Shown here: positions 25,640 through 37,881 of the stretch, in pieces
How positions within the stretch are numbered: position 1 is the stretch's first letter
Layout: each line of letters starts with the position of its first letter
Source: Isurus oxyrinchus
Taxonomy: Eukaryota
Assembly (NCBI GenBank): GCA_026770705.1
Contig: JANJGN010000018.1
Span: forward strand, 12,400,001-12,464,000
Length of the DNA: 64,000 nucleotides
Reading direction: 5' to 3'
Translations under genes and position numbers: made by a program
Notes under the pieces: model-generated
Seen by the model: the letters and a program-made list of their open reading frames with translations, nothing else
Database searches by the model: none
Told to the model about the DNA's origin: nothing

Positions 25640-27312
25640 GAAGTATATTCCACTAAAAAACAAGAATAAACTAATAATGACACAAAATAGATGAATAAAG
25701 AAATAAAGCTTGAAATTGAAACCAAAGAGAAAGCATACACTAGAAAACCAAGGAAGGATTGAAAAAAGAAAGACTAAGATGTTAGGAAAGAAGTCTAAAA
25801 ACATTTAGGAAGGCAAAACAGAACTATGAAATTAAACTATAAAGCAATATATAAATAAATAAAGTATTCTACAGACACAGATAATAAAAGAAAAATCAAG
25901 GGTGCCACTAGGAGATGCACAAGATAATGTGCAGGGAATGATAGTGAAATGGAAGAAATGTTGAATAATTACTTAGTCTGCTGGTATATACTGAGGCAGA
26001 GAAGATGGAAATGACATTTGATGAAGCAAAAAGAGATATAAAGACATTTAAGATGGAAAGGGGGAGATATTTTATGTATGGATTATTAAATAAGTTAGTG
26101 AAGAGATAGTAGCAGCGCCTATATAAAGATTAATTAGAAAAAGGAGCAATACCAGAGGACTGGCAGACAGCTAATGTTATTTCTATATTTAAAATGGGAG
26201 ATAGAACAAGTCCAGGAAACTATAGATTAGTTAGCTTAATATCCTGGGAGAAAAGATAATGGAATCTTTACTCAAAGATGAAACAGAAAAATTATCTGCG
26301 GCTGAATTTTCATTCCTGAGTTGGGAACCAGATGTGGGAACTAGTTATAAAAAGGAGATAGAAGCACTGTAGAAGGTGCAAAAATACATAACAAGGATGA
26401 CACCTGAACTGAGAAGTTATACTTCTTAGGCAGAAATAACAGGCTGGAGTGCTTTTCTCCAGAAGAGAGATGGTTGAGGGGTGTCATGTTAGAGGTAATG
26501 AAGAATTTAAAAAGGTATCAGTCATGACCGAATTGGTAGACTCTCACCTCTGAGTTAGAAGGTGCAGATTCATGTCCGGCTCCAGGACATGAGCACAATA
26601 ATTAAGGTTGACACTCCAGGACAGCATACTGAGGGGAGTGCAGCATTGTCAAAGGTGCCATCTTTTTGGATAAGATGTTAAACCAAGGCCTTATTTGCCT
26701 CTCAGCTGAAAGATCCCATAGCACTACTTTGAAGAGGAGCAGGGGAATTATCCTTAGTATCCTGGCCAATATTTATCCCTCAATCAACATTACAAAAACA
26801 GATTATCTGGTTATTATCACATTTCTGTTTATGGGAGCTTGCTGTGCACAAACAGGCTGACCCATTTCCTACATTATAACAGTGGCTACACTTCAAAAGT
26901 ACTACATTGGCTGTAAAGCACTTTGAGATATCTTGTGACCATGAAAAGCCCTATATAAATGTAAGTCCTTTTTGGTAAGGTAGAGGTAGAAATGTTCCTG
27001 CTTGCAGGGATAGCCCAAACCTGGATGTCATAAATGTAAGCCAATCACTACTAAGTCCAATAAATAATTCAGAAGAAATGCTTTTGAAAGTGGTTAGAAT
27101 GTGGAACTCACTAGCACAAAGAGTAGTTGATGTTAATAGCATACATGCATTTAGATGGAATCTGGATTTCCATGAAGGGAAAAGGAATAGAAGATTATGC
27201 TAAGATAATTAAATGGAGTGGGAGCATGCACACACGAGGCCTGTAAATCAACATAGTCCTGTTGGACTAAAAGTGCTGTTTCTGTGCTGTACATTCTACG
27301 TAATTCTATGTA
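25640..27312 (+). mobile_element. Decayed CR1 ORF2 + 3' end, interrupted by a Deu-SINE
   Basis: PEDWQTANVISIFK.GDRTSPGNYRLVSL near 26150-26240; tail CATTCTACGTAATTCTATGTAA. Confidence 0.8.
26514..26972 (+). mobile_element. Full-length Deu-domain SINE (SacSINE1/AmnSINE1-like)
   Basis: tRNA-like head, conserved core CCTGGCCAATATTTATCCCTCAATCAACAT...GATTATCTGG, L2-like tail CTATATAAATGTAAGTC. Confidence 0.9.
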
Positions 27313-28609
27313 ATCTATTAATATTCTTTAAATCCCTTGCTTGTCTAGATTTGAGTTAATAATGAAAATAATGTAGCAGTTGAGCTCAATTAATTGATTG
27401 GATTTTCTGAAATCAGTAGCGCCCCGTGTTTAGAATACGGTCCACATTTTATACATCTTTGAAGCTAAGGTACCAGAGAGAAGCTATTTGGTATTATTAA
27501 TTTAAAATCACAATAAAATGATTCACTATAAAACATATTGCCCGTGTTCAGTCCAATCTGTGGAATGCAAGCCTGGACTTCCAGTTCTGACAAATGATGT
27601 ACAGATGAGAACCTGTACTGGCAATTTCCTGTGTATTTCTCTTTAGAGTGCGGACCATGCAATTTTAATTATTGTCATTCAGACATTTAAAAATTCATTT
27701 ATTTTGAATTTTCAAATGAGTCTTTTTTAAACAAGAAATACTGGATTACACACGATTGCAATTTACTATACTAATATTATTAAGGGTCGTGCTCGCTGGG
27801 CAAATACCTAATTTTAAAGAGTAAGTATTTGAAGATTTTTACATGAATTTTGTAATTGCAAACAGGACATACCCTGAAGCTTTCTGCTAATTATTTCTGC
27901 ATTTACTTCCCATTGATATCTTGACCAATGCACTTCTTCATAGTTCTGGCAACATGCATGACATGTTCATTCATCTGCACTTGATTAGTACAGAAGCATT
28001 CGAAAATACTGAAGATATTTAACCTTTCAAGTACTGATGTCTCTCTTCTAACTTGCATTGACTTTGCATTTTGGATAAGAGATGGCTCAAGCGACACTGA
28101 ATGCAGGAACTGCATTGACAGATTCTGATGAACAGTTGCCAAATGTGAAACGCTTCTGATCTGAGATACATTTGCTACTGTTGCTTCACTTGCTGAAATT
28201 ATATATGTATACCATATATTCACATTTCCTGTGGTTTCGCTAACAGCAAATTCAGAGGTTTTGTAACAACAGGGGATAGTGCGATAAATTGCCTGACCTT
28301 GAAAATTGATTGATGAGCCCCTGAGGCAACCTTGGGAGGAAGGAGGCCTGTGGTCTGAAAATTGTAGGAAAGGGTCTTAGAGTCAAAGTCTAGCAATAAC
28401 TTGCAGTGGGGTGGGTGGCACGTAGTGGGGATGGTGAAAGTGGAACAAGGAATTGGGAGTGGGCCTCTGAATTTTTCAGTGATGTTGGTTGGAGGATAAA
28501 GATTGACCAGAATTGCTTCGCCCTTCTTCGAATCATGACCTGCAGGGAAGAGACAGGACCTTTGTTTAGGAACCGAAAGAAGATAGAATATTATAGAATA
28601 TCATGTCTT

Positions 28610-28880
28610 TTTTTAATTCTTTCTCGGGATGTGAGCGTCGCTGGCTAGGTCAGCGTTTATTGCCCATCCCTAATTGCTCTTGAGAAGGTGGTGGTGAGCT
28701 GCCTTCTGGAACTGCTGCAGTTCGTGTGGTGTAGCCACACCCACAGTGCTATTAGGAAGGGAGTTCCAGCATTGTGATCTAGTGACAGTGAAGGAACGGC
28801 AATATAGTTCCAAGTCAGGATGGTGTGTGACTTGGAAGGGAACTTGCAGGTGGTGGTGTTCCCATGCATCTGCTACCCTT
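28610..28880 (-). mobile_element. 3' fragment of the same LINE family as 7872-10488
   Basis: AWEHHHLQVPFQVTHHPDLELYCRSFTV...WNSLPNSTVG matches the ORF at 10009-10404. Confidence 0.92.
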
Positions 28881-28976
28881 GTGATGTAGTTACACAGACA
28901 GCAGCTACTCTGCACAACCTCTCTAAAGTGACTGTCTTTCAGGTGCAAGTCTCCCTCAGAACACATTTATGTTTGG

Positions 28977-29086
28977 CTATGTGCTACTTTTAATGGACCC
29001 ATTAACCCAGGTTAGTGGCTGCATTAAAATTTTGCAATAAGAATGTGTGTGAATGCATTAATTGGCCCACTAAAAGTAGCACATAG
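28977..29086. repeat. 110-bp fold-back with 29-bp imperfect inverted arms
   Basis: CTATGTGCTACTTTTAATGGACCCATTAA ... TTAATTGGCCCACTAAAAGTAGCACATAG. Confidence 0.8.
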
Positions 29087-29539
29087 AGGCAAGTAAAGCC
29101 ATAAATGTTGACATTCATCCATCGAGGGCATCACATTCAAACCATATATTTCCTTATTCAGTGCACACACGCACACAAACATGCACACGCACTCCTCTTT
29201 TTAGTAGTAGTCGCAAATCAGGAGCTGACACTTGGACTGTGTTTTTTTACCTTTGCTAGTTCAGGAAGGCTGAGATCAATTGCAATTTTCTCAACTAGAT
29301 GGAGAATTGAACGTGGGACCTTCTGTCTATATGGCATGAAGCAATATATTTAACGGAAGAGCTACCAGGACAGTTCAGGATGTGGTTTTAATTGAGTGAC
29401 ATTACTTAAAAGTAGCTAAAGATTGTTGTGGGGCAGTGTACCTTTAACTCCAGGGCTGTAACTCTAAAGTGCTACTGTTTGTTTTCTGCCACTGTACAGC
29501 CATCAGTGATGTGTTGAAATATTTGAAATTAGAAAAAAT

Positions 29540-29810
29540 TGACTTGAATTTATGACCTCAGGATGTCCCAAAGTGCTTTACAACCAATGATGTATTTTCG
29601 AAGTGTGAGTTGTTGTAATATAGGGCACTTAGCAGCCAAATTGTGACAGAAGGTCTGACAAACAGGAATGAGGCAAAATGCCAAATTATCTTTTTTTAGT
29701 GATGTTTGTTGATGGATAAATATTGACCAGAGCTCCTCTGCTCTTCTTCACATGGTGCATTGGGATCCTTTATATCCGTCTGGGAGTGTATGACAGGACC
29801 TTAGTTTAAG
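29540..29810 (-). mobile_element. Deu-domain SINE fragment
   Basis: CTCAGGATGTCCCAAAGTGCTTTACAACCAATG...GGATAAATATTGACCAG. Confidence 0.8.
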
Positions 29811-30171
29811 AACAGGAGTAAGATTGCACCAGGGCCTAACCTGATTTTAAGTGCGCCTGCTTTGTGGTTTACCGAAGTACAAGAACAGAAACAGGAAGTT
29901 GTGGCAAACAGAAACAGGAAATTGACCCCAAGTGCAGAATATAAAAACTCAGCAGTAAGTGTTACCTTTCATTGTGATAGTGATCTTTTAAGTGCTTGAT
30001 GTAATTCATCTTTTAAAAACGGCAAGAAATTCACATAATACGTAGCATTTTACCAAAAATTAACACTGAGTGCATTACCAAAGTTATCAAAGATAATTGG
30101 ATTGTACACAAAAATATTACATTTACTAGTTATCCTTTTCCGTATACCATCATTTAAACGTTTGTCTCCTA

Positions 30172-30872
30172 GGCTAGGATTTTTAGATGGCGGGGTTTCC
30201 CTTCTTACTATCTGAAGAGTCGACAGGAACGCTTACCCACCGACACTGGCTGCTTCGCAGTGATTTCCACTCCTACACTTATTAATTGGCTGGAGACAGA
30301 GCTTCCGCCCCTCATTCGGGAGGAAGTCCCGTCTTAGAGAGCTGATTAGCTGGCAGCTCTCTAGTCTGTGCAATTCCAGAAGCTTCAGTGGCCAGGACTG
30401 GGACTGCAATCAGTCCCTGAAGCCTAAGTCCCGGGCTTTCAGGAACAGCTATGTTTTGGGGGTCTCAGGCCGCTGAGGGTAGGAGAGGCCGGGGGGGGGC
30501 GGAAGGTCCAATGGTTACCGGACCTTAAGGTGGGGGCTGCCCGATGTTAACTGGGGGCTGATGATGGAGGCCACCCCTCCCAATTCCCGCCTGAGGCCTG
30601 AACCCAATTATTTCCCGGCTTCCCACATACCCTGGATCTCCTTCCTACAGCCTGAAAATTGAGGCTGTGCAGGAAATGGCCCATACGTGGTCAATAATTG
30701 TCTACTTATGGGCCTCAGTTGGGGCAAGGGTGTGTGGAGGCCTTGCCTGGCCCAGCGTAAAATTGCAGAGAGGTCAGGGGCGGGTGGGAACCCAGCGGGC
30801 AGCCCATCCGAGGTATTTTATGCTCACCCTCCACTTACAAACCCACCGGCAGCGGAGCCTAAAATTCTGCCG
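30172..30872. mobile_element. PIF/Harbinger MITE
   Basis: TIRs GGCTAGGATTTTTAG / CTAAAATTCTGCCG; TSD CTA (30169-30171 and 30873-30875). Confidence 0.78.
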
Positions 30873-31339
30873 CTAGAAGCTCCTAATTTTTGATTTAACC
30901 CTCGTTCATCATAAGAACTTTCCTTTTAATTTATACAACCTAAATTGGAAGAAGTGTGTTAGGTAAGTTACATTTTAGAGTTTACTAATAAAGTTGCAAG
31001 AATGGCAGTGTCGTTGTACACAGTGGGATAACATTTAAAATGATATAAATGTCATTTTTAAAACTTTCTTGATGTAATCACTTCGCAAAAGCATTGCAGT
31101 GAAGCAGGTAGTTCATATTCTCAGAATATAACTTTCTCAGCATGGACTGGTAATATGGCTGTTCCACGAAATTAATTCTAATATTAACTTCCCTGACCTG
31201 CTGCTGATGCATCTCCAAACAAGATATTTCTGCTATGAGCAGGAACCCACTTAAATATTGACGTATGTTGAAATGGAAGTCTGAAGACTACTTCTGGGTA
31301 TGGCATTCAGCCACATCAGATATTGGTTTTAAGATAAGA

Positions 31340-31770
31340 GAGAAAGAATGTATTTGTATAGTGCCTTCCACAACCTCAGGATCTCCCAAAGTGCTTTATA
31401 ATCAGTGGAGTACTTTTTAACTGTAGGAAACATGGCAGCCAATTAGTACACAACAAGGCCCCATAAACAGAAAAGACATAACAACCAGATAATCTGGGCT
31501 TTTTAGTAATATTGAATGAGGAATAAAAATTAGCAAGGGCACCAGTGTGAACCCCCCTACTGTTCTTGACCTAGTTTTATGGGGTCTTTTACATCCACCT
31601 GGGAGGCCCTCAGTTTAATGTCTCATCCAGAAGGCAGCACCCCCAATAGTGCAGTGCTCTGTGCTGCATTGTAATATCAGTCTGAACTACATGTACAAAT
31701 CTCACGGGTATGTCTTGAACCCCTGATCTTCTGACTGCAGTGCCTTTTGGCCCATCACCCAGGCTCCTCA
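31340..31770 (-). mobile_element. Deu-domain SINE
   Basis: Complete reverse order of tail, core (GTAGGAAACATGGCAGCCAATT) and head (CTTGAACCC...TTCTGACT). Confidence 0.85.
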
Positions 31771-32529
31771 GTTGAAAGAAGAATATTAGAATGGTAATTA
31801 TTACTTGTCTGTATGACATAGTCCACATGTATTTTTAATAAGAAATGTTGGGGTGTCCATCAATGTGAGAAAAATTGCAGAATGATTGCGATTACTTACC
31901 TCAAACTCCAGACTGAACTACTTTTGTCGATAATGATTCAGTGTAGCTCAGTAATACAGGCTGAAAAATTTGGCTCTGTAGTCTTGCTGGTGTTGGCACT
32001 ACGGGAGCCTAGGGTCTGAAAACGGTGTCCAAGTTGCTTCCAACGGGGTCTTGCCAAGCTTGGGAGATTGTGAGCATTGGTGTGCCGGAAGCATACAAGG
32101 TGGGCAGATTGTAATGTCACTTAGTACCTAGTGCTGATTTGGTGCCTGACTTGTCAATTTAGACGTTACAGATCCTAATTCCCTCTCTCAAACACTTTCA
32201 ACTGAACATGCGTTTCCCCTCAATGAGTGCTATTTAAAGGGATCAGCATGGGCCTTTCAGGTGAAGTGGTTTTGACTTTCTTTTGCAGCTGTTGAGTTTG
32301 CGGCAGTAATGAATTTGGTAGTGTTGGAGGAGTTGTGAAAGTTGTTGGGAGTCAGAAAGAATTGGTGTGGGACGTTTCCAAGGTGGGGTTTGAAGCCCTC
32401 TTAGCAGACAGCCTGCTCTCTCATAGGGGCTATCATTGTGGTCCTTCTTGAGCTGCAGGAAGACGGGGAGAAAGAACACAGGTAGCAGAGAGGGGAAGCT
32501 CTATGTAGAGGGAGGACGGGGAGGGCTCT

Positions 32530-33790
32530 CAGTAGGAGGTCCTACCTGCCTAGGATATTCAGGAAACAATTCTCTTACCTCCACCTCAGCCAAGAGCAGT
32601 GTCTGAAGCACTTATGATTCACCAAGAAGGTGGTCACTGAACTGTGCCAGCTCCTCCAACTTGACCTGCAGTGTACAATGGTGTGAGTACCACGCTGCCA
32701 GTGACCATAAAGGTCACTGTGGTTCTCAATTTCCGTGCCTACAGATCCTCTCCAGGCTGGAACAGGTGCCAGAGGCCCTGTACGTAAGAAGAAAGAGGAG
32801 AATTTTCCCCCCGTTGGGGGGTTTGTGTGAGGGCTTATGTGGGTGGGCCAATTCAGGTCTGCCCAGCATGACATGCACAGAGGTGCCTCAGGGAGATTAG
32901 TTTTAAGTTTTAACAGTTCAATAAAGTGTTGAAAAAATTTTTATGACATGTCCCTTCATGTGAAACTGTCACAGGAGCCGGGACATGTGCATTCATTTCA
33001 ATAAAAATTGCTAAAAAAATTTAAAATCATTCATGAAACCTCATCCCGCCCGTAGATGAGGTTCCATGAAAAATGTGAAGGCCGCTTGTGCTCTTCTCCT
33101 GCCCCCCGCCAACCTTAAGGTTGGACGGGCAGCTCTGTTAATTATTTTAATTGTTAGTTAAAGGGCCTTAATAGACCTTTGACAGTTCGGCGGGCACAGG
33201 AGAGAAACAGGAGGAGCAAGCACATGTCTTTGCCAGGGTGGTGGGATCCTCATAGTGCAGGGAACCATTGACTGCATGTGGCTCTGCAGAGACCACAATG
33301 CAATGGGGAGAAGTATGGAAACTGCAAGGGATATAACTCCTCCAATGTGCACAGACTATCATGTTGGTGAATGTGCATTATCCTGGCAACAGCCTCAAAG
33401 CTTTCATTTTGCACCAGTCCCCTGTTTTGCCATATTTCAGTCACCATGACGAACCAGAGAGTGACTGCTTGATGACAGGGCTATGAGCTCTACACCTGGG
33501 TCATGACTCCTCTCTCCCATCTGATTACAAGTGGACAGCTCATGTACAAGCAGAGCCATGCTGCCGCCAGGCAGCAACTTGTGGAGTAAACCATCCATAT
33601 CCATGTTCTAAAGCAATGGCCCCATTGCTTGGACTGCTCGAGAGGAGCCCTACAGCACTAGGCAGAGTTGTGTCTCCAAATTTGTGGTGGTCTGCTGCAC
33701 GCTGCACAGCCTGGCTCTCATGAGGGCACAGCCTTTGCTATGAAGCCTTCGGCGAGGATCTCGGGAGGAGGAGGTGGAAAGGAGAAGATG
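32530..33790 (+). pseudogene. Harbinger (HARBI1-like) DDE transposase pseudogene
   Basis: RIFRKQFSYLHLSQEQCLKHL*FTKKVVTELCQLL; VQGTIDC; NCKGYNS; YPGNS..AFIL; LLDDRGY...WVMTP; CLDCSRGALQ; VVCCTLHSLA. Stops and frameshifts present. Confidence 0.88.
32795..33198. mobile_element. Truncated MITE inside the transposase pseudogene
   Basis: Reverse complement of about 13595-14077, including the CATGAAACCTCATC hairpin; starts GAGGAGAATTTTCCCC. Confidence 0.85.
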
Positions 33791-33979
33791 TCCTGGATCC
33801 CATTTCTCCGTATGAGCTGCCTGTGAGTGGGCAATCAGACCCCAGTTACCCTAAAATCATCTGTACGTATCGCTGCTTCAGAATTCCCCAATTTCGACAC
33901 TTCTGCTATGGACCATTACAGTATCCTCTTGGCCACAATCCTGAAATAAAAGATACCTCCCCAAAAATATCATTCCATA

Positions 33980-34214
33980 GGGCAGAATTTTCTGGCTGAT
34001 GTGCAGGTGGCGGAGCCCGCACACCAGCTCTTAAAATGTTGCTCGAGCGTCCCGAATTCAGTGTGCGGCATCGCGATATTTCGGTCGGCAGGCGCACTAG
34101 GCAGCAGGATGCACGCCTGCCATTAATTAAAGGCCTCGTTAAGGCCCTTAACTTGCCAATCGTTGACAATTTTGAGGGGCCCGTGTGAACTTCGGCTCAG
34201 CGCAAGGGCCCATT
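33980..34214. mobile_element. Harbinger MITE left end
   Basis: TIR GGGCAGAATTTT followed by a CpG-rich subterminal region. Confidence 0.7.
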
Positions 34215-34279
34215 ACAACTTTATCCATCAACAGTTCCAATTATCCAAACAAAACGGAACTATTCACCCTTGTGCATTC

Positions 34280-36225
34280 CCTTAGCACCTGTCTTGTGGG
34301 CTCCTATGCAGTGCTACCCCAGTGGTTGCAGCATGGGTGGTGTAAGACTGCTGACTTTCTCTGGGGGATGCGGCAGATGCCATGGAGGATGACCTCACAG
34401 CTCTGGGCCTTGAGGGCCTGGCTTTGGACTGCACCACCTCGGCAAGAGAGCAGCTTGGAATGGCTGACTGAGAGGCAAGAGCAGGTGCGCTGTGACAGAC
34501 TGATAGTGGTGGAAACACGAATGCTGCCCTCCTGAGTGTGCGCAGCAGGTTCATGGTCAATGGAGCCACCATCTCTCCCCCTGGGTGGTGCCTCAGCAAT
34601 TCTAGCAGTCTGCTGGAGTACTGATTGTTGAACTGCTGTGGGAGCCTGCAAGCCCCTTTGAGCATTAAGATCCACAACCATGATGGCAGCAGTCTGAGCC
34701 TGTGTGGCACCAAGCTGGGCTTGCAGAGCAACAAGCATGGATCTCATGACCTCTGTCTGAATTTTTACTATTGCACTGCAATATCAGCCACCAGATGCTG
34801 CATCCCAGCTGGGTCCACAAGTGCTGTTATGGAGTTAGCCACCACTTCTACATTGGAAATGATGGGCTCCAAACTCTGCAAAACCCTGTACAAAGTTGGA
34901 GTTGGACTCCTTCATGGTCCATGACAGTAACAAGGCTCTGTGACAGGATTGCCAATGTGCCAAACATTGCTGTGTGCATCACTATCAGCATTCTCCTGTA
35001 TGATGGCCCTTCAAAGTCCTTATCTGAGTCCTCTGCAGCAGAACTTGTGTGATGCTGTATGTACCTGCATGCCTTTGTAATGTAAAGGTGCTTGGAAGTT
35101 AATGTGGGACTATCCACACTATGATGTATAGAGTCACATGGTAATAGACTGAGAGAACAGTCTAGAAAGAACACTCTGGAACAAGCCTGCATGGAGACAA
35201 CAGGTCCATGCATGACCATGCTTTGGACCTGTAAATGGTTAAAGATTCACAGAAGGTTCATGTTTAAATGTACGTGCCTCAAGATCCCGCCGTTGAGACA
35301 GCTAAAGAACCCATATTACAACATAACTCACTTGCAATCTCACCACACCCCTCCCCCAACCTGGGGAACGAGCACCTATGCTAATCTTTCCCCCTGGCCT
35401 GGCTGTAACCCACTAGCATCCTCTAAAGTACCTGGGGTGCGAGTATCTGAGCTGGTGTCTGCAAATGTCAGATCAGCTGTTGGTGCTTCTTCATCAGATG
35501 TCTCCCATCCTTTATTGTGAGGTTGCCTTGGTTAACCAGGAAAGCATCTGAAAGCATAATCCCAGAAGATGAAGTTTGGGGTGAGGGAAAGGGGTTGGGT
35601 GGAAAGCAAGAGGTTCATTGTCACAGCTTGCACTTCATGCTAGATGGGGAGGTGGTGGCATAGCGGTATTGTTCCTGGATTAGTATTCCAGAGACCCAGG
35701 GTAATGCTCTGGGTGCCTGGGTGCAAATCCCACCACTGTAGATGGTGAAATCTGAATTCAGTTTAAAACAAAAATCAGGAATTAAAAGTCTGATGATGAC
35801 CATAAAACCATTGCCGATTGTCATAAAAACTCATTTGGTTCACTAGCATCCTTTAGCGAAGGAAATCTGTCGTCCTTACCTGGTTTGGCCTACATGTGAC
35901 TTCAGAATCCCAGCAATGTGACTGATTCTTAAATGCTCTCTGAACAAGGACAATAAGGGAAGGGCAATAAATGCTGGCCTAGCCAGTGATGACCACATCC
36001 CATGAATCAATAATAAAAAAGACAGTAGGTTGAGGGTGAAGTGGCATTTGAGAAGGTGCATAAGACAGGAATATACCAGAAGTAATGGATGCAATGGCCT
36101 TAGTCACTGCTGAACCAATAATTCGCAGCCCTGACTTCTCCATGGGACTCAGGAGATGCAGACATTCTTATACACTGCTGGTTCTCTGCCTCCTGTTACC
36201 TGTGACCTTGTTTTGCAAGAGAGAA
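34280..36225 (-). pseudogene. Remnant of Harbinger accessory (Myb/SANT, NAIF1-like) gene, multi-exon
   Basis: KVTGNRRQRTSSV*ECLHLLSPMEKSGLRIIG at about 36115-36210 resembles the K..N.R...TGGG...LTPMEE..L.IIG block; acidic and coiled-coil-like ORFs at 34848-35219 and 34304-34747; convergent with the transposase. Confidence 0.55.
35647..36020 (+). mobile_element. Full-length tRNA-derived SINE with Meta-like core
   Basis: A-box TGGCATAGCGG, B-box GGTGCAAATCC, core GAAGGAAATCTGTCGTCCTTACCTGGTTTGGCCTACATGTGACT, LINE-derived tail and A-rich end. Confidence 0.88.
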
Positions 36226-36294
36226 GGAGTGTCATTGAGTGTATCAAAAGGTGTTTGGGTGATGTGCCCATCATACCTGAATGTGCTGACAGTA

Positions 36295-37062
36295 GCAATA
36301 TAAAATAAAGGGTACAATTCTAAAGAAGGTGCAGGAGCAGAGGGACCTTGGGGTACGTGTACACAAATCATTGAAGGTGGCAGGGCAGGTTGAGAAAATG
36401 GTTAAAGCATGCAGTATCCTCAGCTTTACTAACAGAAGCATAGGCCACAAAAGCTATAAGCAATAATAAGGAAGTTATAATAATCCTGTATAAAACACTG
36501 GTTTGACCGCAGCTAGAGTAGTGTATTCAGTTCTGGACACCACACTTTAGAAAGGATGTGAAGGCATTAGAGAAAGAGTGCAGAAATCATTTGCAATAAT
36601 GGTTCCATGGATGAGGAACTTCAGCTACGTAAATAGTTTGGGGAAGTTGGGGCTGTTCTGCTTGGAGGAGAGGGGATTAAGAAGAGATTTGATACAGGTA
36701 TTAAAAACCATGAGAAGTCTGGACAGAGCAGGCAGGGAGTAACTATTCCCATTGGCGGAAGCATCGAAAACCAGAAGGAACTTATTTAAGGTGATTTGCA
36801 AAAGCAGCAATGATGACATAAGGAATAAATCTTTTTTATGCAGTGAGTGGTTAGGATCTGATATGCACTGCCTAAGAGTGTAGTGGAGACAGACTTAATT
36901 GTGGCTATCAAAGGAGAATTGGACAGTTATTTGAAGTAAAAATTTGCAGAGCTATGTGGAAAAGGTGGGCGGAGCATGATTGAGTGAGTTGTTTTTGCAG
37001 AGGGCTGGCACATATGATGTGTGAATGACCCCCTTCTGTGCTATAACCATTGTATGTTTCTA
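36295..37062 (+). mobile_element. 5'-truncated CR1
   Basis: LYKTLV*PQLE*CIQFWTPHFRKDVKALE; RGLRRDLIQV; CR1-type tail. Confidence 0.88.
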
Positions 37063-37881
37063 TATGGAAACTGAGATGTGGGTGTGAGGCTTGCAGCAGT
37101 GTATGTGAGGATGATGTTGAACATCTGAGTGCTCGGCATGAATCCTGATTGCTAGAGATTGCTGACGCGTGAGTGATGGAGCTGTGGCTGGGTCATAGAG
37201 GTCCACAGTACAGAAAAAGGCCCTTCAGCCCATCGGGTCCACACCAGTCAAACAAGTACGAAACTATTCTAATCCCATTTTCCAGCACCAGGCCCACAGC
37301 CTTGTATGCCATGGCATCGCAAGTGCACATCCAAATACTTCTTAAATGTTGTGAGGATTTCTTCCTCTATCACCCTTTCAGGCAGTGAGTTCTAGGTTCC
37401 CACCACCCTCTGGGTGAAAAAATTCTTCCTCACATCCCCTCTAAATCTCCTGCCCCTTACCTTAAATCTGTGCCCCCTGGTTATTGATCCCTCCACAAAG
37501 GGGAAAAGTTCTTTTCTGTCTACCCTATCTATGCTCCTCATAATTTAAACACCTCAATCATGTCCCCCTCAATCTCCTCTGCTCCAAGGAAAATAATCCC
37601 AGTCTATCCAATCTCTCCTCATAACTAAAACTCCCCAGCCCAGGCACTCTCTCTGTGCAATCACATCCTTCCTATAATGCGGATTCCAGAACTGCACCCA
37701 ATACTCTAGCTGTGGCCTAACCAGCGTTTTATACAGTTCCAGCATAACCTCCCTGCTCTTATATTCTATGCCTTGGCTAATAAAGGCAAGTATCCCATAC
37801 GCCTTCTTAACCACCTTATCTACCTGTCCCGTTACCTTAAGGGACTGGTGGACATGCACATCAAGGTCCTTCTGAACCTCG

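Larger units (their letters stand above)
31958..37193. mobile_element. Fossil autonomous PIF/Harbinger transposon (right boundary uncertain, possibly about 41480 or 42014)
   Basis: Left end AGGCTGAAAAATT; transposase remnant on + and convergent accessory-gene remnant on -; several later insertions. Confidence 0.65.

Noticed and set aside
25265-27312. Large inverted-repeat element
   Set aside because: The inverted similarity comes from two CR1 3' tails in opposite orientation, not from TIRs; no TSD seen.
32530-33790. Domesticated host HARBI1 gene
   Set aside because: Multiple stops, frameshifts, altered catalytic motifs and a MITE insertion show a dead transposon copy.
35647-35735. Genuine tRNA gene (also the heads at 17304-17372, 26514-26590 and 59280-59350)
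   Set aside because: The A/B boxes are followed by SINE bodies and do not form a full cloverleaf.
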